Source of the DNA: Clostridiales bacterium UBA5446
GTDB lineage: Bacteria; Bacillota; Clostridia; Oscillospirales; Oscillospiraceae
NCBI GenBank assembly: GCA_002427465.1
Contig: DIRC01000018.1
Span: forward strand, 3,671 to 67,670
DNA length: 64,000 bases
Direction of reading: 5' to 3'
Both the position numbers and the translations under genes were made by a program. The notes under the pieces were generated by a model, which made no database searches, was not told the DNA's origin, and saw only the letters and a list, made by a program, of their open reading frames with translations. Of the stretch, positions 8,802-19,306 are shown one piece after another (position 1 is the first letter of the stretch; the number at the start of each line of letters is the position of its first letter).

Positions 8802-9638
8802 ATGTCAATAAAAAGCTATAAGCCGACCACTCCTTCCAGGCGTCAGATGACCGTCTCCGGCTTCGATGGCGTCGCCAAGCACGTCAAGCCTCAGAAAGAG
8901 CTGGTTGAATCCACAAAAAATTGCTCCGGGCGCAACAGCAACGGCAGGATTACCGTCCGGCACAAGGGCGGCAGGAATCGCAGGAAATACCGTATCATCG
9001 ATTTCAAGCGCGACAAGACTGAAATGGAAGCCAAGGTTCTGCGCTTGGAATATGACCCCAACCGGTCCGCGTTTATCGCGCTGTGCCAGTATGAGGACGG
9101 CGAGAACAGGTATATCCTGGCCCCGGTGGGGCTGAAAGCCGGCGACGTGGTGGTTTCCTCCGCCGGAGCCGATATTAAGCCTGGAAACGCCCTGCCAGTC
9201 GCCAACATTCCTGTAGGTACGTTTATTCACAACATCGAGCTTTATCCCGGCAAGGGCGCTCAGCTTGTGCGTTCCGCAGGCGTTGCCGCCCAGCTGATGG
9301 CCAAGGAAGGAGACCTGGCCCAGGTCAGGCTGCCCTCCGGCGAATACCGCAAGGTTCGCATGAACTGCAAGGCCACTATCGGGCAGGTTGGGAACATTGA
9401 CCACGGCAACATCTCCATCGGCAAGGCCGGACGCAAGCGCCACATGGGCGTCAGGCCCACGGTGCGCGGCTCCGCCATGAACCCCTGCGACCACCCCCAC
9501 GGCGGCGGCGAAGGCAAGGCCCCCATCGGCCTGCCGGGACCCGTAACCCCTTGGGGCAAGCCGACTCTGGGGTATAAGACACGCAAGACTAAGAATCCCA
9601 CAGATCAGTTCATAGTCAAGCGCCGCAACTCGAAGTAA
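8802..9638 (+). CDS. rplB: 50S ribosomal protein L2
   Basis: …[16 protein letters not shown]…, …[14 protein letters not shown]… and conserved gene order. Confidence 0.98.
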   Translation: MSIKSYKPTTPSRRQMTVSGFDGVAKHVKPQKELVESTKNCSGRNSNGRITVRHKGGRNRRKYRIIDFKRDKTEMEAKVLRLEYDPNRSAFIALCQYEDGENRYILAPVGLKAGDVVVSSAGADIKPGNALPVANIPVGTFIHNIELYPGKGAQLVRSAGVAAQLMAKEGDLAQVRLPSGEYRKVRMNCKATIGQVGNIDHGNISIGKAGRKRHMGVRPTVRGSAMNPCDHPHGGGEGKAPIGLPGPVTPWGKPTLGYKTRKTKNPTDQFIVKRRNSK

Positions 9639-9654
9639 GGAGGCAAACGATTAA

Positions 9655-9927
9655 ATGAGCAGAAGTGTGAAAAAAGGACCGTTTGCAGCTCCCGAGCTGC
9701 TTAAACGCGTCGACGAAATGAACAAGGCCAGGGAGAAGAAGGTTCTCAAGACCTGGTCCCGCGCCACGACGATTTTCCCATCCTTCGTCGGACATACCAT
9801 CGCTGTTCACGACGGCCGCCGTCATGTTCCCGTGTATATCACGGAAGACATGGTTGGGCATAAGCTTGGCGAATTCGCGCCCACCCGGACGTTCCGCGGA
9901 CACGCCGGAAGCAAGACCGGAAAGTAA
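9655..9927 (+). CDS. rpsS: 30S ribosomal protein S19
   Basis: [19 protein letters not shown]...[17 protein letters not shown]. Confidence 0.98.
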   Translation: MSRSVKKGPFAAPELLKRVDEMNKAREKKVLKTWSRATTIFPSFVGHTIAVHDGRRHVPVYITEDMVGHKLGEFAPTRTFRGHAGSKTGK

Positions 9928-9939
9928 GGGGGAGAGAAT

Positions 9940-10287
9940 ATGGAAGAGCTTAAAACTGCGCGGGCACAGGCCAGATATGTCCGCATTTCTCCCCGCAAGG
10001 TGCAGATTATCTGCGATATGATCCGGGGAAAGGATGCCAAATACGCACAGGCGCTGATGGAGGCCACTCCTAAGGCAGGCTGTGAGCATGTCATCAAGGT
10101 TCTGAAGAGCGCATGCGCCAATGCCGAGAATAATCTCGAAATGGATCCCGACGCCCTTTATGTGGAAAAGGCGTACGTAGACGCCGGCCCCATCCTCAAG
10201 CGGGGGCAGCCCAGGGCCCATGGCCGCATGTATCGCATCAACAAGCGTACCAGCCACATCACAGTCGTCGTGGCTGAGAAGGAATAA
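9940..10287 (+). CDS. rplV: 50S ribosomal protein L22
   Basis: [21 protein letters not shown]... and conserved gene order. Confidence 0.97.
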   Translation: MEELKTARAQARYVRISPRKVQIICDMIRGKDAKYAQALMEATPKAGCEHVIKVLKSACANAENNLEMDPDALYVEKAYVDAGPILKRGQPRAHGRMYRINKRTSHITVVVAEKE

Positions 10288-10304
10288 GGAGGCGGAAGAA
10301 AAGT

Positions 10305-11156
10305 ATGGGACAGAAAGTTAATCCGCATGGCTTCCGCGTTGGCGTAATCAAGGATTGGGATTCCCGCTGGTATGCGCGCAACGATAAGGTGGGCAACCTG
10401 ATCGTCGAAGATTACAAAATCCGCGAATATCTGAAAAAGACCCTCTATTCCGCAGGGGTTCCCAGCATTGAAATCGAGCGCGACAGCACCAATGTGCGCA
10501 TCTTCATCCACTGCTCCCGCCCCGGCGTCGTGATCGGCAAGGGCGGCCAGGAGATTGAGCGGCTCCGCAAGGAGGTGGAAAAGATGATCGGCAAGCCCGT
10601 GGCTCTCTCCATCATCGAAATCCGCACGCCGGATACGAACGCTCAGCTGGTCGCCGAGAACATCGCCCAGCAGTTGGAGCGCCGCATCGGCTTCCGCCGC
10701 GCGATGAAGAATGCCATCGGGCGCACCATGCGCATGGGCACCAAGGGCATCAAGGTCATGGTGTCCGGCCGTCTGGGCGGCGCCGAGATTGCCCGCAGGG
10801 AGTGCTACCACGAGGGAACCATTCCCCTGCAGACGCTCCGTGCCGACATCGACTACGGCTTTGCCGAGGCTGCGACCACCTATGGCCGGATCGGCGTCAA
10901 GGTTTGGATTTATAAGGGCGAGGTTCTCAGCCAGACCCTCCGCACGACCCCCCGCACTTTGGATCTTTCCCAGCGTGACGATCGCCGCCGCAACAGGCGC
11001 GACGACCGCAGGGGCGGCTACAGCCGCGACGACCGCAGGGGCGGATATAATCGGGACAATCGCGGCGGACAGGGCGGCTACAGCCGTCCGGCCGGACAGG
11101 GCAACTATAACCGCGGTCCGCGTCCCGCCCAGCAGAAGGAAGGAGGCAGCAACTAA
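10305..11156 (+). CDS. rpsC: 30S ribosomal protein S3 (with about 75-aa Arg/Gly/Asp-rich C-terminal extension)
   Basis: [24 protein letters not shown]... The KH domain core is followed by [37 protein letters not shown]... Confidence 0.97.
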   Translation: MGQKVNPHGFRVGVIKDWDSRWYARNDKVGNLIVEDYKIREYLKKTLYSAGVPSIEIERDSTNVRIFIHCSRPGVVIGKGGQEIERLRKEVEKMIGKPVALSIIEIRTPDTNAQLVAENIAQQLERRIGFRRAMKNAIGRTMRMGTKGIKVMVSGRLGGAEIARRECYHEGTIPLQTLRADIDYGFAEAATTYGRIGVKVWIYKGEVLSQTLRTTPRTLDLSQRDDRRRNRRDDRRGGYSRDDRRGGYNRDNRGGQGGYSRPAGQGNYNRGPRPAQQKEGGSN

Positions 11157-11584
11157 TGCTGATGCCTAAAAGAGTCAAGCGCCGCAAGGTACAGCGCGGC
11201 CGCATGAAGGGCAAAGCCACCCGCGGCAATGTTGTTACCTACGGAGAGTATGGTCTGCAGGCCCAGGAGCCTAGCTGGATCACCTCAAACCAGATTGAGG
11301 CGGCCCGTGTGGCCATGACCCGTTATACCAAGCGCGGCGGTCAGGTATGGATCAAGATTTTCCCCGACAAGCCAGTTACGAAAAAGCCTGCCGAGACCCG
11401 CATGGGTTCCGGAAAGGGCGCGCCCGAGTACTGGGTTGCCGTTGTGAAGCCCGGCAGGGTCATGTTTGAAATTGCCGGCGTCCCGGAGGACGTTGCCAAG
11501 GAAGCGCTGCGCCTTGCCAGCCACAAGCTGCCCTGCAAGACGAAGGTCGTTACCAAGGCGGAGACAGAGACAGGTGGTGAATAA
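11156..11584 (+). CDS. rplP: 50S ribosomal protein L16
   Basis: TAATG overlap with rps[20 protein letters not shown]... Confidence 0.97.
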   Translation: MLMPKRVKRRKVQRGRMKGKATRGNVVTYGEYGLQAQEPSWITSNQIEAARVAMTRYTKRGGQVWIKIFPDKPVTKKPAETRMGSGKGAPEYWVAVVKPGRVMFEIAGVPEDVAKEALRLASHKLPCKTKVVTKAETETGGE

Positions 11585-11585
11585 G

Positions 11586-11780
11586 ATGAAGGCAAACGAA
11601 ATACGCTCGCTTACTGAAAAAGAGCTGGAGCAGAGGCTTGTGGATCTTAAAAAGGATCTGTTCATGCTTCGGATGCAGCACGCCACGAATCATCTTGACA
11701 ACCCCGTAAAGATATCCACAACGCGGCGCGACATTGCCCGAGTGAAGACCGTCATCCGCGAAAAGCAACTCGAGCGCTGA
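11586..11780 (+). CDS. rpmC: 50S ribosomal protein L29
   Basis: MKANEIRSLTEKELEQRLVDLKKDLFMLRMQ... The internal ATG at 11586 of track ORF 11466.. sits just after the rplP stop. Confidence 0.96.
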   Translation: MKANEIRSLTEKELEQRLVDLKKDLFMLRMQHATNHLDNPVKISTTRRDIARVKTVIREKQLER

Positions 11781-11794
11781 GGAGGTAAGGAACA

Positions 11795-12058
11795 ATGAGT
11801 GAAGAAAGAACGGCTTCCCGCAAGACACGCGTCGGCAAGGTCGTGTCCGATAAAATGGACAAGACCGTTGTAGTCATTGTTGAGGACAGAGTTGCCCACA
11901 AGCAGTATAAAAAGATTATCGGCCGTACCTACCGCCTGAAGGCCCACGACGAAATGAACGCGTGCGGCATCGGCGACAGGGTGCGCGTGATGGAGACCCG
12001 CCCGCTGTCCAAAGATAAACGCTGGCGCGTGGTGGAAATTATAGAGAAGGCAAAGTAA
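11795..12058 (+). CDS. rpsQ: 30S ribosomal protein S17
   Basis: [21 protein letters not shown]... and conserved gene order. Confidence 0.97.
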   Translation: MSEERTASRKTRVGKVVSDKMDKTVVVIVEDRVAHKQYKKIIGRTYRLKAHDEMNACGIGDRVRVMETRPLSKDKRWRVVEIIEKAK

Positions 12059-12070
12059 GGAGGCGCCTAA

Positions 12071-12439
12071 ATGATACAGCAAGAAAGTTATCTCAAGGTC
12101 GCCGACAATACCGGCGCCAAGGAAATCAAATGCATCCGCGTTCTGGGCGGTTCCAAGCGCAAATACGCCAGCATTGGCGATGTTATTGTGGCGTCTGTGC
12201 GCAAGACCACTCCGGGCGGACAGGTGAAGAAGGGCGATGTGGTTAAGGCCGTTGTGGTCAGAACCAGCAAGAGCGTGCGCCGGGGCGACGGAACCTACGT
12301 CCGTTTCGACGACAACGCCGCCGTCCTCATCAAGGAAGATAAAAACCCGACCGGAACGCGTATTTTCGGGCCTGTGGCCCGCGAGCTTCGCGATAAGGAA
12401 TTTATGAAGATCCTGTCGCTCGCTCCCGAAGTCATATAG
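12071..12439 (+). CDS. rplN: 50S ribosomal protein L14
   Basis: [27 protein letters not shown]... Confidence 0.98.
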   Translation: MIQQESYLKVADNTGAKEIKCIRVLGGSKRKYASIGDVIVASVRKTTPGGQVKKGDVVKAVVVRTSKSVRRGDGTYVRFDDNAAVLIKEDKNPTGTRIFGPVARELRDKEFMKILSLAPEVI

Positions 12440-12452
12440 GAGGGCGAGAAGA

Positions 12453-12782
12453 ATGAATATTGTGAAAAATGACAAAGTCGTTGTCCTGTCCGGGAAGGAC
12501 AAGGGCAAGACCGGCGAGGTCCTCTCCGTCGACGTCAAGGGGCGCAAGGTTGTTGTGCAGGGCGTTTCCGTTGCCACGAAGCATCAGAAAGCCCGCAAGC
12601 AGACCGAGCAGAGCAGCATCATCAAGGTGGAGACGCCTATTTATGCCTGCAAGGTTATGGTGGTCTGCCCCAAGTGCGGAAAGCCCACCCGCATTGCCCA
12701 CAAGCCCGTGAAAAAGGTCGTTTCCGGCAAGGAAAAAACCATGAACGTCCGCGTCTGCAAGCATTGCGGCGCAGATCTGTAA
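12453..12782 (+). CDS. rplX: 50S ribosomal protein L24 (C-terminal part contains CPKC...CKHC)
   Basis: [22 protein letters not shown]... KOW motif and conserved gene order. Confidence 0.96.
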   Translation: MNIVKNDKVVVLSGKDKGKTGEVLSVDVKGRKVVVQGVSVATKHQKARKQTEQSSIIKVETPIYACKVMVVCPKCGKPTRIAHKPVKKVVSGKEKTMNVRVCKHCGADL

Positions 12783-12797
12783 GGGAGGGCGAGTGAA

Positions 12798-13340
12798 ATG
12801 CCAAGATTGAAGGATATCTATAATAGCGATGTTGCGCCCGCCCTTATGGAAAAGTTCCAGTATAAGAGCGTTATGCAGATCCCCAGAATTGAGAAAATTG
12901 TTGTCTCTGTCGGCTGCGGAGACTGCAAGGACAATGCGAAGGCCCTGGACGCCGTCATCAAAGACATCACCGCGCTTACGGGCCAGAGGGCAGTCTCTAC
13001 CATCGCGAGAAAGAGCGTGGCCAACTTTAAGCTCCGTGAAGGGATGAAGGTTGGCGTCAAGGTAACACTGCGCCAGAACCGTATGTGGGAGTTTCTCGAC
13101 AGGCTCCTTAACGTAGCCCTGCCCCGCGTCCGCGACTTCCGCGGCATCTCTCCGGATGCTTTTGATGGCCGCGGCAACTACAGCCTCGGCATCAAGGAGC
13201 AGATCATTTTCCCGGAGATCGACTATGACAAGATCGAAAAGCTCCGCGGCATGAACATTGCCATCTGCACGACCGCGAAAACCGACGAGGAAGCCCGCGA
13301 ACTTCTCAGGCTCATGGGCGCCCCGTTCATGAACGCTTAG
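12798..13340 (+). CDS. rplE: 50S ribosomal protein L5
   Basis: [36 protein letters not shown]... Confidence 0.98.
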   Translation: MPRLKDIYNSDVAPALMEKFQYKSVMQIPRIEKIVVSVGCGDCKDNAKALDAVIKDITALTGQRAVSTIARKSVANFKLREGMKVGVKVTLRQNRMWEFLDRLLNVALPRVRDFRGISPDAFDGRGNYSLGIKEQIIFPEIDYDKIEKLRGMNIAICTTAKTDEEARELLRLMGAPFMNA

Positions 13341-13350
13341 GAGGAACGTC

Positions 13351-13536
13351 ATGGCAAAGAAGTCTATGATAATAAAGCAGCAGCGCCCTGCGAAGTACTC
13401 CACAAGGGAATACAATCGCTGCAGGATCTGCGGCCGCCCCCATGCCTATCTGCGTGACTACGGTATCTGCCGCATTTGCTTCCGCGAGCTGGCGTATAAA
13501 GGCCAGATCCCGGGCGTCCGCAAGGCATCCTGGTAA
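13351..13536 (+). CDS. rpsN: 30S ribosomal protein S14, type Z (zinc-binding, 61 aa)
   Basis: [46 protein letters not shown]: short form with CxxC...CxxC. Confidence 0.97.
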   Translation: MAKKSMIIKQQRPAKYSTREYNRCRICGRPHAYLRDYGICRICFRELAYKGQIPGVRKASW

Positions 13537-13658
13537 GAACGCTTACCGGGCGTCATTACCAAATCGGACTGCGAAAGGCCGCGTTCAATCATGCATTGAC
13601 CCGGAACCTCGCTGCCGGAACCGCAATTGCGGTAACTCTAAATTAGGAGGAAAACCAT

Positions 13659-14057
13659 ATGCAGATTACAGATCCTATTGCCGATATGCTGACCCGCATC
13701 CGCAATGCCGGAAACGCAAAGCATGAAAGCGTGGATATCCCGGCCTCAAAGATGAAGAAGGCCATAGCCGAGATTCTCTTGGAGGAAGGCTATATCAAGA
13801 ATTTTCAGATCATTGACGACGGCACTCAGGGCATAATCCGCCTTACCCTGAAGTATCTCCCGGGCAAGGAGCGGGCTATTCAGGGCCTGCGCCGAGTCTC
13901 GAAGCCGGGCCTGCGCGTATACGCCGGAGCAGACGAACTGCCCCGCGTCCTTAAAGGCCTCGGAATCGCCATTATCTCTACGTCCAAGGGCATTATGACC
14001 GACAAACGCGCCCGTAATGAGCATGTCGGCGGCGAAGTCCTTGCGTTTGTATGGTAA
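13659..14057 (+). CDS. rpsH: 30S ribosomal protein S8
   Basis: [23 protein letters not shown]... SD AGGAGGA. Confidence 0.98.
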   Translation: MQITDPIADMLTRIRNAGNAKHESVDIPASKMKKAIAEILLEEGYIKNFQIIDDGTQGIIRLTLKYLPGKERAIQGLRRVSKPGLRVYAGADELPRVLKGLGIAIISTSKGIMTDKRARNEHVGGEVLAFVW

Positions 14058-14070
14058 GGGGGACGGAAAA

Positions 14071-14613
14071 ATGTCAAGAATAGGCAGAGAACCGATTAAA
14101 ATTCCCACCGGTGTGGAGATCACGGTTACAGAGGATAACGTGGTGACCGTTAAGGGGCCGAAGGGAGCCGTCACCCAGAAGCTGGTTTCCGATATGAAGC
14201 TGGATATCAGCGACGGCGTGCTCACGATTACGCGTCCTAACGACGAAAAGGAATCCCGAAGCCTTCACGGACTCACCCGTACGCTTGTTAACAACATGGT
14301 TATCGGCGTAACCGATGGCTTTACCAAGACACTTGAGGTCAACGGCGTGGGATACAGGGCAGTCAAAGAGGGAACGAATCTGGTCATGAACCTGGGCTTT
14401 TCGCATCAGGTCATCGTTCCGGAGACTGAAGACATTAAGATAGACGTCCCCAATCCCAACCATATCATAATCAGGGGCGTCGATAAGCAGAAGGTCGGCC
14501 AGTTTGCAGCGGAAGTACGCGGTAAGCGTCCGCCCGAGCCGTACAAGGGCAAGGGCATCAAGTACGATTACGAAGTCATCCGCCGCAAAGAGGGCAAGAC
14601 CGGTGCAAAATAA
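14071..14613 (+). CDS. rplF: 50S ribosomal protein L6
   Basis: MSRIGREPIKIPTGVEITV... The internal ATG 14071 of track ORF 14017.. follows GGGGGA. Confidence 0.97.
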   Translation: MSRIGREPIKIPTGVEITVTEDNVVTVKGPKGAVTQKLVSDMKLDISDGVLTITRPNDEKESRSLHGLTRTLVNNMVIGVTDGFTKTLEVNGVGYRAVKEGTNLVMNLGFSHQVIVPETEDIKIDVPNPNHIIIRGVDKQKVGQFAAEVRGKRPPEPYKGKGIKYDYEVIRRKEGKTGAK

Positions 14614-14629
14614 GGGGAGGTGTGCCTAA

Positions 14630-14986
14630 ATGATTAAGAGACCGGATACGAATACTCAGCGCGTAAAGCGCCATAAGAGAGTGCGCGGCAAGATCTCCGG
14701 CACGCCGGAGCGTCCCCGCCTGAGCGTTTTCAGAAGTGAAAACAATATTTATGCCCAGATCATTGACGATGTGGCCGGATGCACCATATGCTCCGCCTCC
14801 AGCATTGAAAAGGGCTTTGACGGCGGCTCTGACAAGGGGTCCGCCAGGGAAGTCGGCAAGAAAGTCGCCGAGCGTGCCCTTGCCAAGGGTATCGAAAACG
14901 TGGTCTTCGACCGCGGAGGATACGTTTACCAGGGCCGTGTTCAGGCGCTGGCCGAAGGCGCCCGCGAGGGCGGCCTAAAATTCTGA
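14630..14986 (+). CDS. rplR: 50S ribosomal protein L18
   Basis: …[20 protein letters not shown]… and conserved gene order. Confidence 0.97.
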   Translation: MIKRPDTNTQRVKRHKRVRGKISGTPERPRLSVFRSENNIYAQIIDDVAGCTICSASSIEKGFDGGSDKGSAREVGKKVAERALAKGIENVVFDRGGYVYQGRVQALAEGAREGGLKF

Positions 14987-15005
14987 GCGGAGGGAGGAAA
15001 CAAAA

Positions 15006-15539
15006 ATGGCTTATAACAACAACAGGCGTGACAATCGCCGCAACCGCGGGGAGGACGAACCCCAGGAGTTTACCGAAAAGGTCGTTTCCCTCAACCGCGT
15101 CAGCAAGACCGTAAAGGGCGGCCGTGTGATGAAGTTTTCAGCGCTTTGCGTCGTTGGCGACGGCAAAGGCCGAGTAGGATACGGACTTGGCAAGGCCAAC
15201 GAGGTTTCCGAGGCCATCCGCAAGGGCCTGGAGGATGCCAAGAAGAACATCATCACCATTACGATTTTCGGAACGACCATACCCCACGAGGTGATCGGGG
15301 AGTTCGGCGCCGGCCGCGTATTGCTCAAGCCCGCCCCGGAAGGCACCGGCGTGATCGCCGGAGGACCCGTCCGCGCGGTGGTGGAGGCTGCGGGCATCAA
15401 AGACATCCGCACCAAGTGCCTGCGCTCCAATAACCCGCAGAACGTTGTAGCGGCAACCATCGTCGGACTCAAATCCCTCAGGAACGCGCAGCAGGTTGCT
15501 GTGTACAGGGGCAAGACTGCCGGCGAGATCCTAGGTTAA
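15006..15539 (+). CDS. rpsE: 30S ribosomal protein S5
   Basis: …[39 protein letters not shown]…. Confidence 0.98.
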   Translation: MAYNNNRRDNRRNRGEDEPQEFTEKVVSLNRVSKTVKGGRVMKFSALCVVGDGKGRVGYGLGKANEVSEAIRKGLEDAKKNIITITIFGTTIPHEVIGEFGAGRVLLKPAPEGTGVIAGGPVRAVVEAAGIKDIRTKCLRSNNPQNVVAATIVGLKSLRNAQQVAVYRGKTAGEILG

Positions 15540-15552
15540 GGGGGGGAGAGTT

Positions 15553-15735
15553 ATGGCAAAGAATTTAAAGATTAAGCTTGTCAAGAGCCTGAGCGGGCGC
15601 TTGGATAAGCACATCGCCACAGCCTACTCCATAGGTCTGCACAAGATCGGCAACGAGACCATACAGCCGGATAATCCCCAGACGAGGGGCAAGATAGCCC
15701 AAATCGGCTATCTCCTCCAGGTCACGGAAGAATAA
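15553..15735 (+). CDS. rpmD: 50S ribosomal protein L30
   Basis: MAKNLKIKLVKSLSGRLDKH... 60 aa, and conserved gene order. Confidence 0.96.
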   Translation: MAKNLKIKLVKSLSGRLDKHIATAYSIGLHKIGNETIQPDNPQTRGKIAQIGYLLQVTEE

Positions 15736-15747
15736 GGAGGGTATGCA

Positions 15748-16188
15748 ATGAATATCAATGACCTTTCTCCCGCCCCGGGCAGCACCCAGGTTGGCAAGCG
15801 CAAGGGCAGAGGCCGTGGAACCGGCAACGGCAAGACAGCTGGCCGCGGCCACAAGGGTCAGAAGGCCCGTTCGGGCGGCGGAGTCCGCATTGGCTTTGAA
15901 GGCGGACAGATGCCCCTTGCAAGGCGTGTGCCGAAAAGAGGCTTCATCAACATTTTTGCCGAGCCCTTCGAGATCGTCAATCTCTCCGCGCTCAACAAAT
16001 TCGAAGACGGCGCCGAGGTTGACGCCAAGGCCCTGCTTGAAGCGGGCATTCTGAGAAAGTGCGCGTACGGCGTTAAGATACTCGGCAACGGCAGCATCAC
16101 TAAAAAACTTACAATCAGGGCTTCCGCCTTCTCCGAATCTGCAAAACAAAAAATAGAAGCGGCAGGCGGAAAGGCTGAGGTGGTATAA
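15748..16188 (+). CDS. rplO: 50S ribosomal protein L15
   Basis: [44 protein letters not shown]... Confidence 0.97.
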   Translation: MNINDLSPAPGSTQVGKRKGRGRGTGNGKTAGRGHKGQKARSGGGVRIGFEGGQMPLARRVPKRGFINIFAEPFEIVNLSALNKFEDGAEVDAKALLEAGILRKCAYGVKILGNGSITKKLTIRASAFSESAKQKIEAAGGKAEVV

Positions 16189-16189
16189 G

Positions 16190-17491
16190 GTGTTTGCTAC
16201 ACTGAAAAACGCTTGGAAAATTGAGGAACTCCGCAAAAAGATCATATTCACACTACTGATTATCCTCATTTACCGTCTCGGTAATGCCGTGCCGGTACCA
16301 TACGTTGATACTGTCCTGCTTCAGTCCTATTTCACATCGGTTCAGAACACGGTGCTTGGTCTATGGAACACCATGTCCGGCGGCTCCTTCGCACATGCCA
16401 CCATATTTGCCCTTTCGATACAGCCGTATATCAACGCCTCCATTATTATTCAGCTGCTTACCATCGCCATACCGGCCCTGGAACGGCTGCAGAAGGAAGG
16501 CGGCGAGGACGGGAAGAAAAAGATTGCCGCCATCACCAGATACAGCACCGTGGCAATCGGCCTGCTCCAGGGCTATGGCTATTATATGCTGATCATGAAA
16601 AACAACATGCTCACCGCGGATGGCACCGGTGTTTGGCCCGCAATCGTCATTATCATGACATTTATGGCGGGATCGGCGCTGATCATGTGGCTTGGCGAAC
16701 AGATCACTGAATTCGGCGTGGGCAACGGTATTTCCATTATTCTTTTTGCCAGCATCGTATCGCGCTTCCCCGGCTCGCTGATCAATATGTTCACCAATAT
16801 CGTCACAGGTAAGCTGAAATGGTGGATTCTGGTGCTGATGCTCATTGGGGCGCTTGCCCTGATCGTGCTGATCGTCATTGTAAACGACGCGGAGCGCAGG
16901 CTTCCCGTGCAGTATTCCAAGCGTGTGGTCGGCCGCAAGCTTTATGGCGGACAGTCGACCCACCTGCCCATGAAGGTGAACATGTCCGGCGTGCTGCCAA
17001 TCATCTTCGCCCAGTCGTTTGCGTCCCTCCCGGCTACGATCGGCGCTTTTGTAGCGCAGTCACAGGTGGAGGGAACGGGCTGGTACAAATTTGTAAACTT
17101 CTTTGACACGGACTCCGTTTTCTATGCCGTCGTTTATTTCCTGCTGATTATCTTCTTCTCTTACTTCTATGCGACGGTCCAGTTCAACCCTGTGGAAATC
17201 GCAAACAACCTGAAGAAGAACGGCGGCTTTATCCCCGGTTTCCGTGCCGGAAAACCCACGAGCGAATTCATCCAGAAGGTCCTGAATAAAATTACGCTGT
17301 TCGGTGCTATTTATCTAGGCATAATCGCCGTTACGCCTATAATGATCGACGTTTTTTCCGAGGCTGCAACGCTTACGGGAATATCCCTGGGCGGAACGTC
17401 AATCATCATCGTCGTTGGTGTTGCGATTGAAACCATCCGCGCCATAGAATCACAGATGCTGATGCGCAATTACAAGGGCTTCCTGAGCTAA
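16190..17491 (+). CDS. secY: Preprotein translocase subunit SecY
   Basis: GTG start at 16190. 433-aa polytopic membrane protein beginning …ELRKKIIFTLLIILIYRLGNAVPVPYVD…, in the conserved position after rplO. Confidence 0.97.
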   Translation: MFATLKNAWKIEELRKKIIFTLLIILIYRLGNAVPVPYVDTVLLQSYFTSVQNTVLGLWNTMSGGSFAHATIFALSIQPYINASIIIQLLTIAIPALERLQKEGGEDGKKKIAAITRYSTVAIGLLQGYGYYMLIMKNNMLTADGTGVWPAIVIIMTFMAGSALIMWLGEQITEFGVGNGISIILFASIVSRFPGSLINMFTNIVTGKLKWWILVLMLIGALALIVLIVIVNDAERRLPVQYSKRVVGRKLYGGQSTHLPMKVNMSGVLPIIFAQSFASLPATIGAFVAQSQVEGTGWYKFVNFFDTDSVFYAVVYFLLIIFFSYFYATVQFNPVEIANNLKKNGGFIPGFRAGKPTSEFIQKVLNKITLFGAIYLGIIAVTPIMIDVFSEAATLTGISLGGTSIIIVVGVAIETIRAIESQMLMRNYKGFLS

Positions 17492-17507
17492 GAAAGGCGG
17501 TAGTGAT

Positions 17508-18140
17508 ATGAAACTGATACTTTTGGGCGCACCCGGCGCCGGAAAAGGCACACAGGCAGAAATATTCAGCCGCAGATTGGGAATTCCGACCATATCCACC
17601 GGCAACATCCTGCGGGCGGCCATAAAAAATGGCACGCCCGTGGGGCTGCGGGCCAAAGCGTATGTGGACAGCGGAAAACTGGTCCCGGACGACGTCATCA
17701 TCGGCATCGTGGCGGAGCGGGTGGCTGAGCCTGACTGCGAGGGGGGCTACATTCTGGACGGAATGCCCCGGACCATACCCCAGGCGGAGGCATTGGAGGC
17801 GCGCGGTATCAATATCGACTGTGCCGTTTCCATTGAGATTTCCGACGAGACAATCATCGACAGAATGTCCGGGCGGCGCGCCTGCAAGGACTGCGGGGCC
17901 ACCTACCATATTGTGAACATCCCGCCTAAAATCGAGGGAAAGTGTGACGTTTGCGGCGGCGAGCTGACCGTCCGCAAGGACGACGCGCCTGAGACCGTGA
18001 AGGACAGACTTGAGATTTATCATCGCGAAACCGAACCCCTGAAGGCGTTTTACGCCGAAAGAGGCAAGCTGAAAACCGTGGAAAACCAAGCCACGATAGG
18101 TGGCACTACGGAAGCCATTGTTAAGGCTCTGGGGATTTAA
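17508..18140 (+). CDS. adk: Adenylate kinase (zinc-lid form)
   Basis: P-loop GAPGAGKGTQ. The lid has CKDCGATYH...CDVCGGEL. Confidence 0.97.
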   Translation: MKLILLGAPGAGKGTQAEIFSRRLGIPTISTGNILRAAIKNGTPVGLRAKAYVDSGKLVPDDVIIGIVAERVAEPDCEGGYILDGMPRTIPQAEALEARGINIDCAVSIEISDETIIDRMSGRRACKDCGATYHIVNIPPKIEGKCDVCGGELTVRKDDAPETVKDRLEIYHRETEPLKAFYAERGKLKTVENQATIGGTTEAIVKALGI

Positions 18141-18141
18141 A

Positions 18142-18897
18142 ATGATCATCATCAAATCCCCAAGGAAAATAGAGCTTATGCGCCAGGCCGGTAAAATTAC
18201 GGCAGGCGCCCGGACAGTAGCCCGCGAAATGGTCGCCCCGGGCGTGACAACCAGGGAAATCGACAGGGAGGTACACAAATTCATCACGAAATCCGGCGCC
18301 CAACCCACATTTCTGGGGTATGGCGGATTCCCGGCAAGCGCGTGCGTTTCTGTGAATGATGAGGTTATCCACGGCATCCCCGGGCCGAAAGTGGTGCGCG
18401 AAGGCGATATAGTCAGCCTGGATGTGGGCGCCACAATCAATGGCTACACCGGAGACTGCGCCGGAACCTTTCCCTGCGGCGAGGTATCGGCTGAGGCGAA
18501 AAGGCTTATCGCAGTGACACGTCAGAGCTTTTTTGAGGGCCTTAAATTTGCGAGACAAGGATACAGAGTATCCGATATTGGGCACGCCATTCAGGAGTAT
18601 GTGGAAAAACACGGATATTCCGTGGTCAGGGCTTATGTAGGCCATGGCGTGGGGGCGGATCTCCATGAGGAACCGGAGGTTCCCAACTACGGCGCGCCGG
18701 GTCACGGGCCGAGACTGATTAAGGGAATGACTCTTGCCATCGAGCCGATGGTGAACGTAGGCGGGTACGATATCCGCATGCTGGATAATGAGTGGACGGT
18801 TGTGACCAAAGACGGAAGCCTTTCCGCCCACTATGAGAATACTGTTCTCATTACCGATGGCGAGCCTGAGATCCTGACAATGGCAGCGGATTTATGA
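18142..18897 (+). CDS. map: Type I methionine aminopeptidase
   Basis: MIIIKSPRKIELMRQAGKI..., …VGHGVGADLHEEP… ATG 18142 lies 2 nt after the adk stop. Confidence 0.96.
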   Translation: MIIIKSPRKIELMRQAGKITAGARTVAREMVAPGVTTREIDREVHKFITKSGAQPTFLGYGGFPASACVSVNDEVIHGIPGPKVVREGDIVSLDVGATINGYTGDCAGTFPCGEVSAEAKRLIAVTRQSFFEGLKFARQGYRVSDIGHAIQEYVEKHGYSVVRAYVGHGVGADLHEEPEVPNYGAPGHGPRLIKGMTLAIEPMVNVGGYDIRMLDNEWTVVTKDGSLSAHYENTVLITDGEPEILTMAADL

Positions 18898-18933
18898 TGG
18901 GCAAAGCCCGAACGACCAAGGAGGTTATTGAAC

Positions 18934-19152
18934 TTGGCTAAAGACGATGTAATCGAGCTTGAGGGCACGGTCGTCGAGTCCCTGCCCAATACGATGTTCA
19001 ATGTGGATATCGGCGGCGGCCATATCATATTGGCGCATATTTCAGGCAAGCTCAGAATGAATTTTATCAGGATACTTCCCGGCGACAAGGTCACGGTTCA
19101 GATGAGCCCGTATGATCTTTCCCGGGGCAGGATAACCTGGAGGACCAAGTAG
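18934..19152 (+). CDS. infA: Translation initiation factor IF-1 (TTG start; the in-frame TTG at 18928 is the alternative)
   Basis: (M)[23 protein letters not shown]... AAGGAGG at 18918-18924 favours the TTG at 18934. Confidence 0.93.
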   Translation: MAKDDVIELEGTVVESLPNTMFNVDIGGGHIILAHISGKLRMNFIRILPGDKVTVQMSPYDLSRGRITWRTK

Positions 19153-19192
19153 CGCGCGGCCGGCGGCTGCGGCTAAGATAGGAGGCACACAA

Positions 19193-19306
19193 ATGAAAGT
19201 AAGACCTTCGGTTAAACCTATGTGCGAAAAATGCAAGATCATTAAGCGCCATGGCAAGGTCATGGTGATCTGCGAAAACCCGAAGCATAAGCAGCGTCAG
19301 GGCTGA
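19193..19306 (+). CDS. rpmJ: 50S ribosomal protein L36 (37 aa, zinc form); not in the ORF track
   Basis: Hand translation gives [46 protein letters not shown] upstream. Conserved position between infA and rpsM. Confidence 0.95.
   Translation: MKVRPSVKPMCEKCKIIKRHGKVMVICENPKHKQRQG

Noticed and set aside
17406-18440. 344-aa minus-strand ORF spanning secY, adk and map
   Set aside because: It crosses three independent, well-supported genes in antisense, so it cannot be a real gene. The same reasoning applies to 12432..13415, 45590..46543, 57607..59004, 31447..32382, 5255..6184, 49225..50148, 10158..10811 and 15565..16269.
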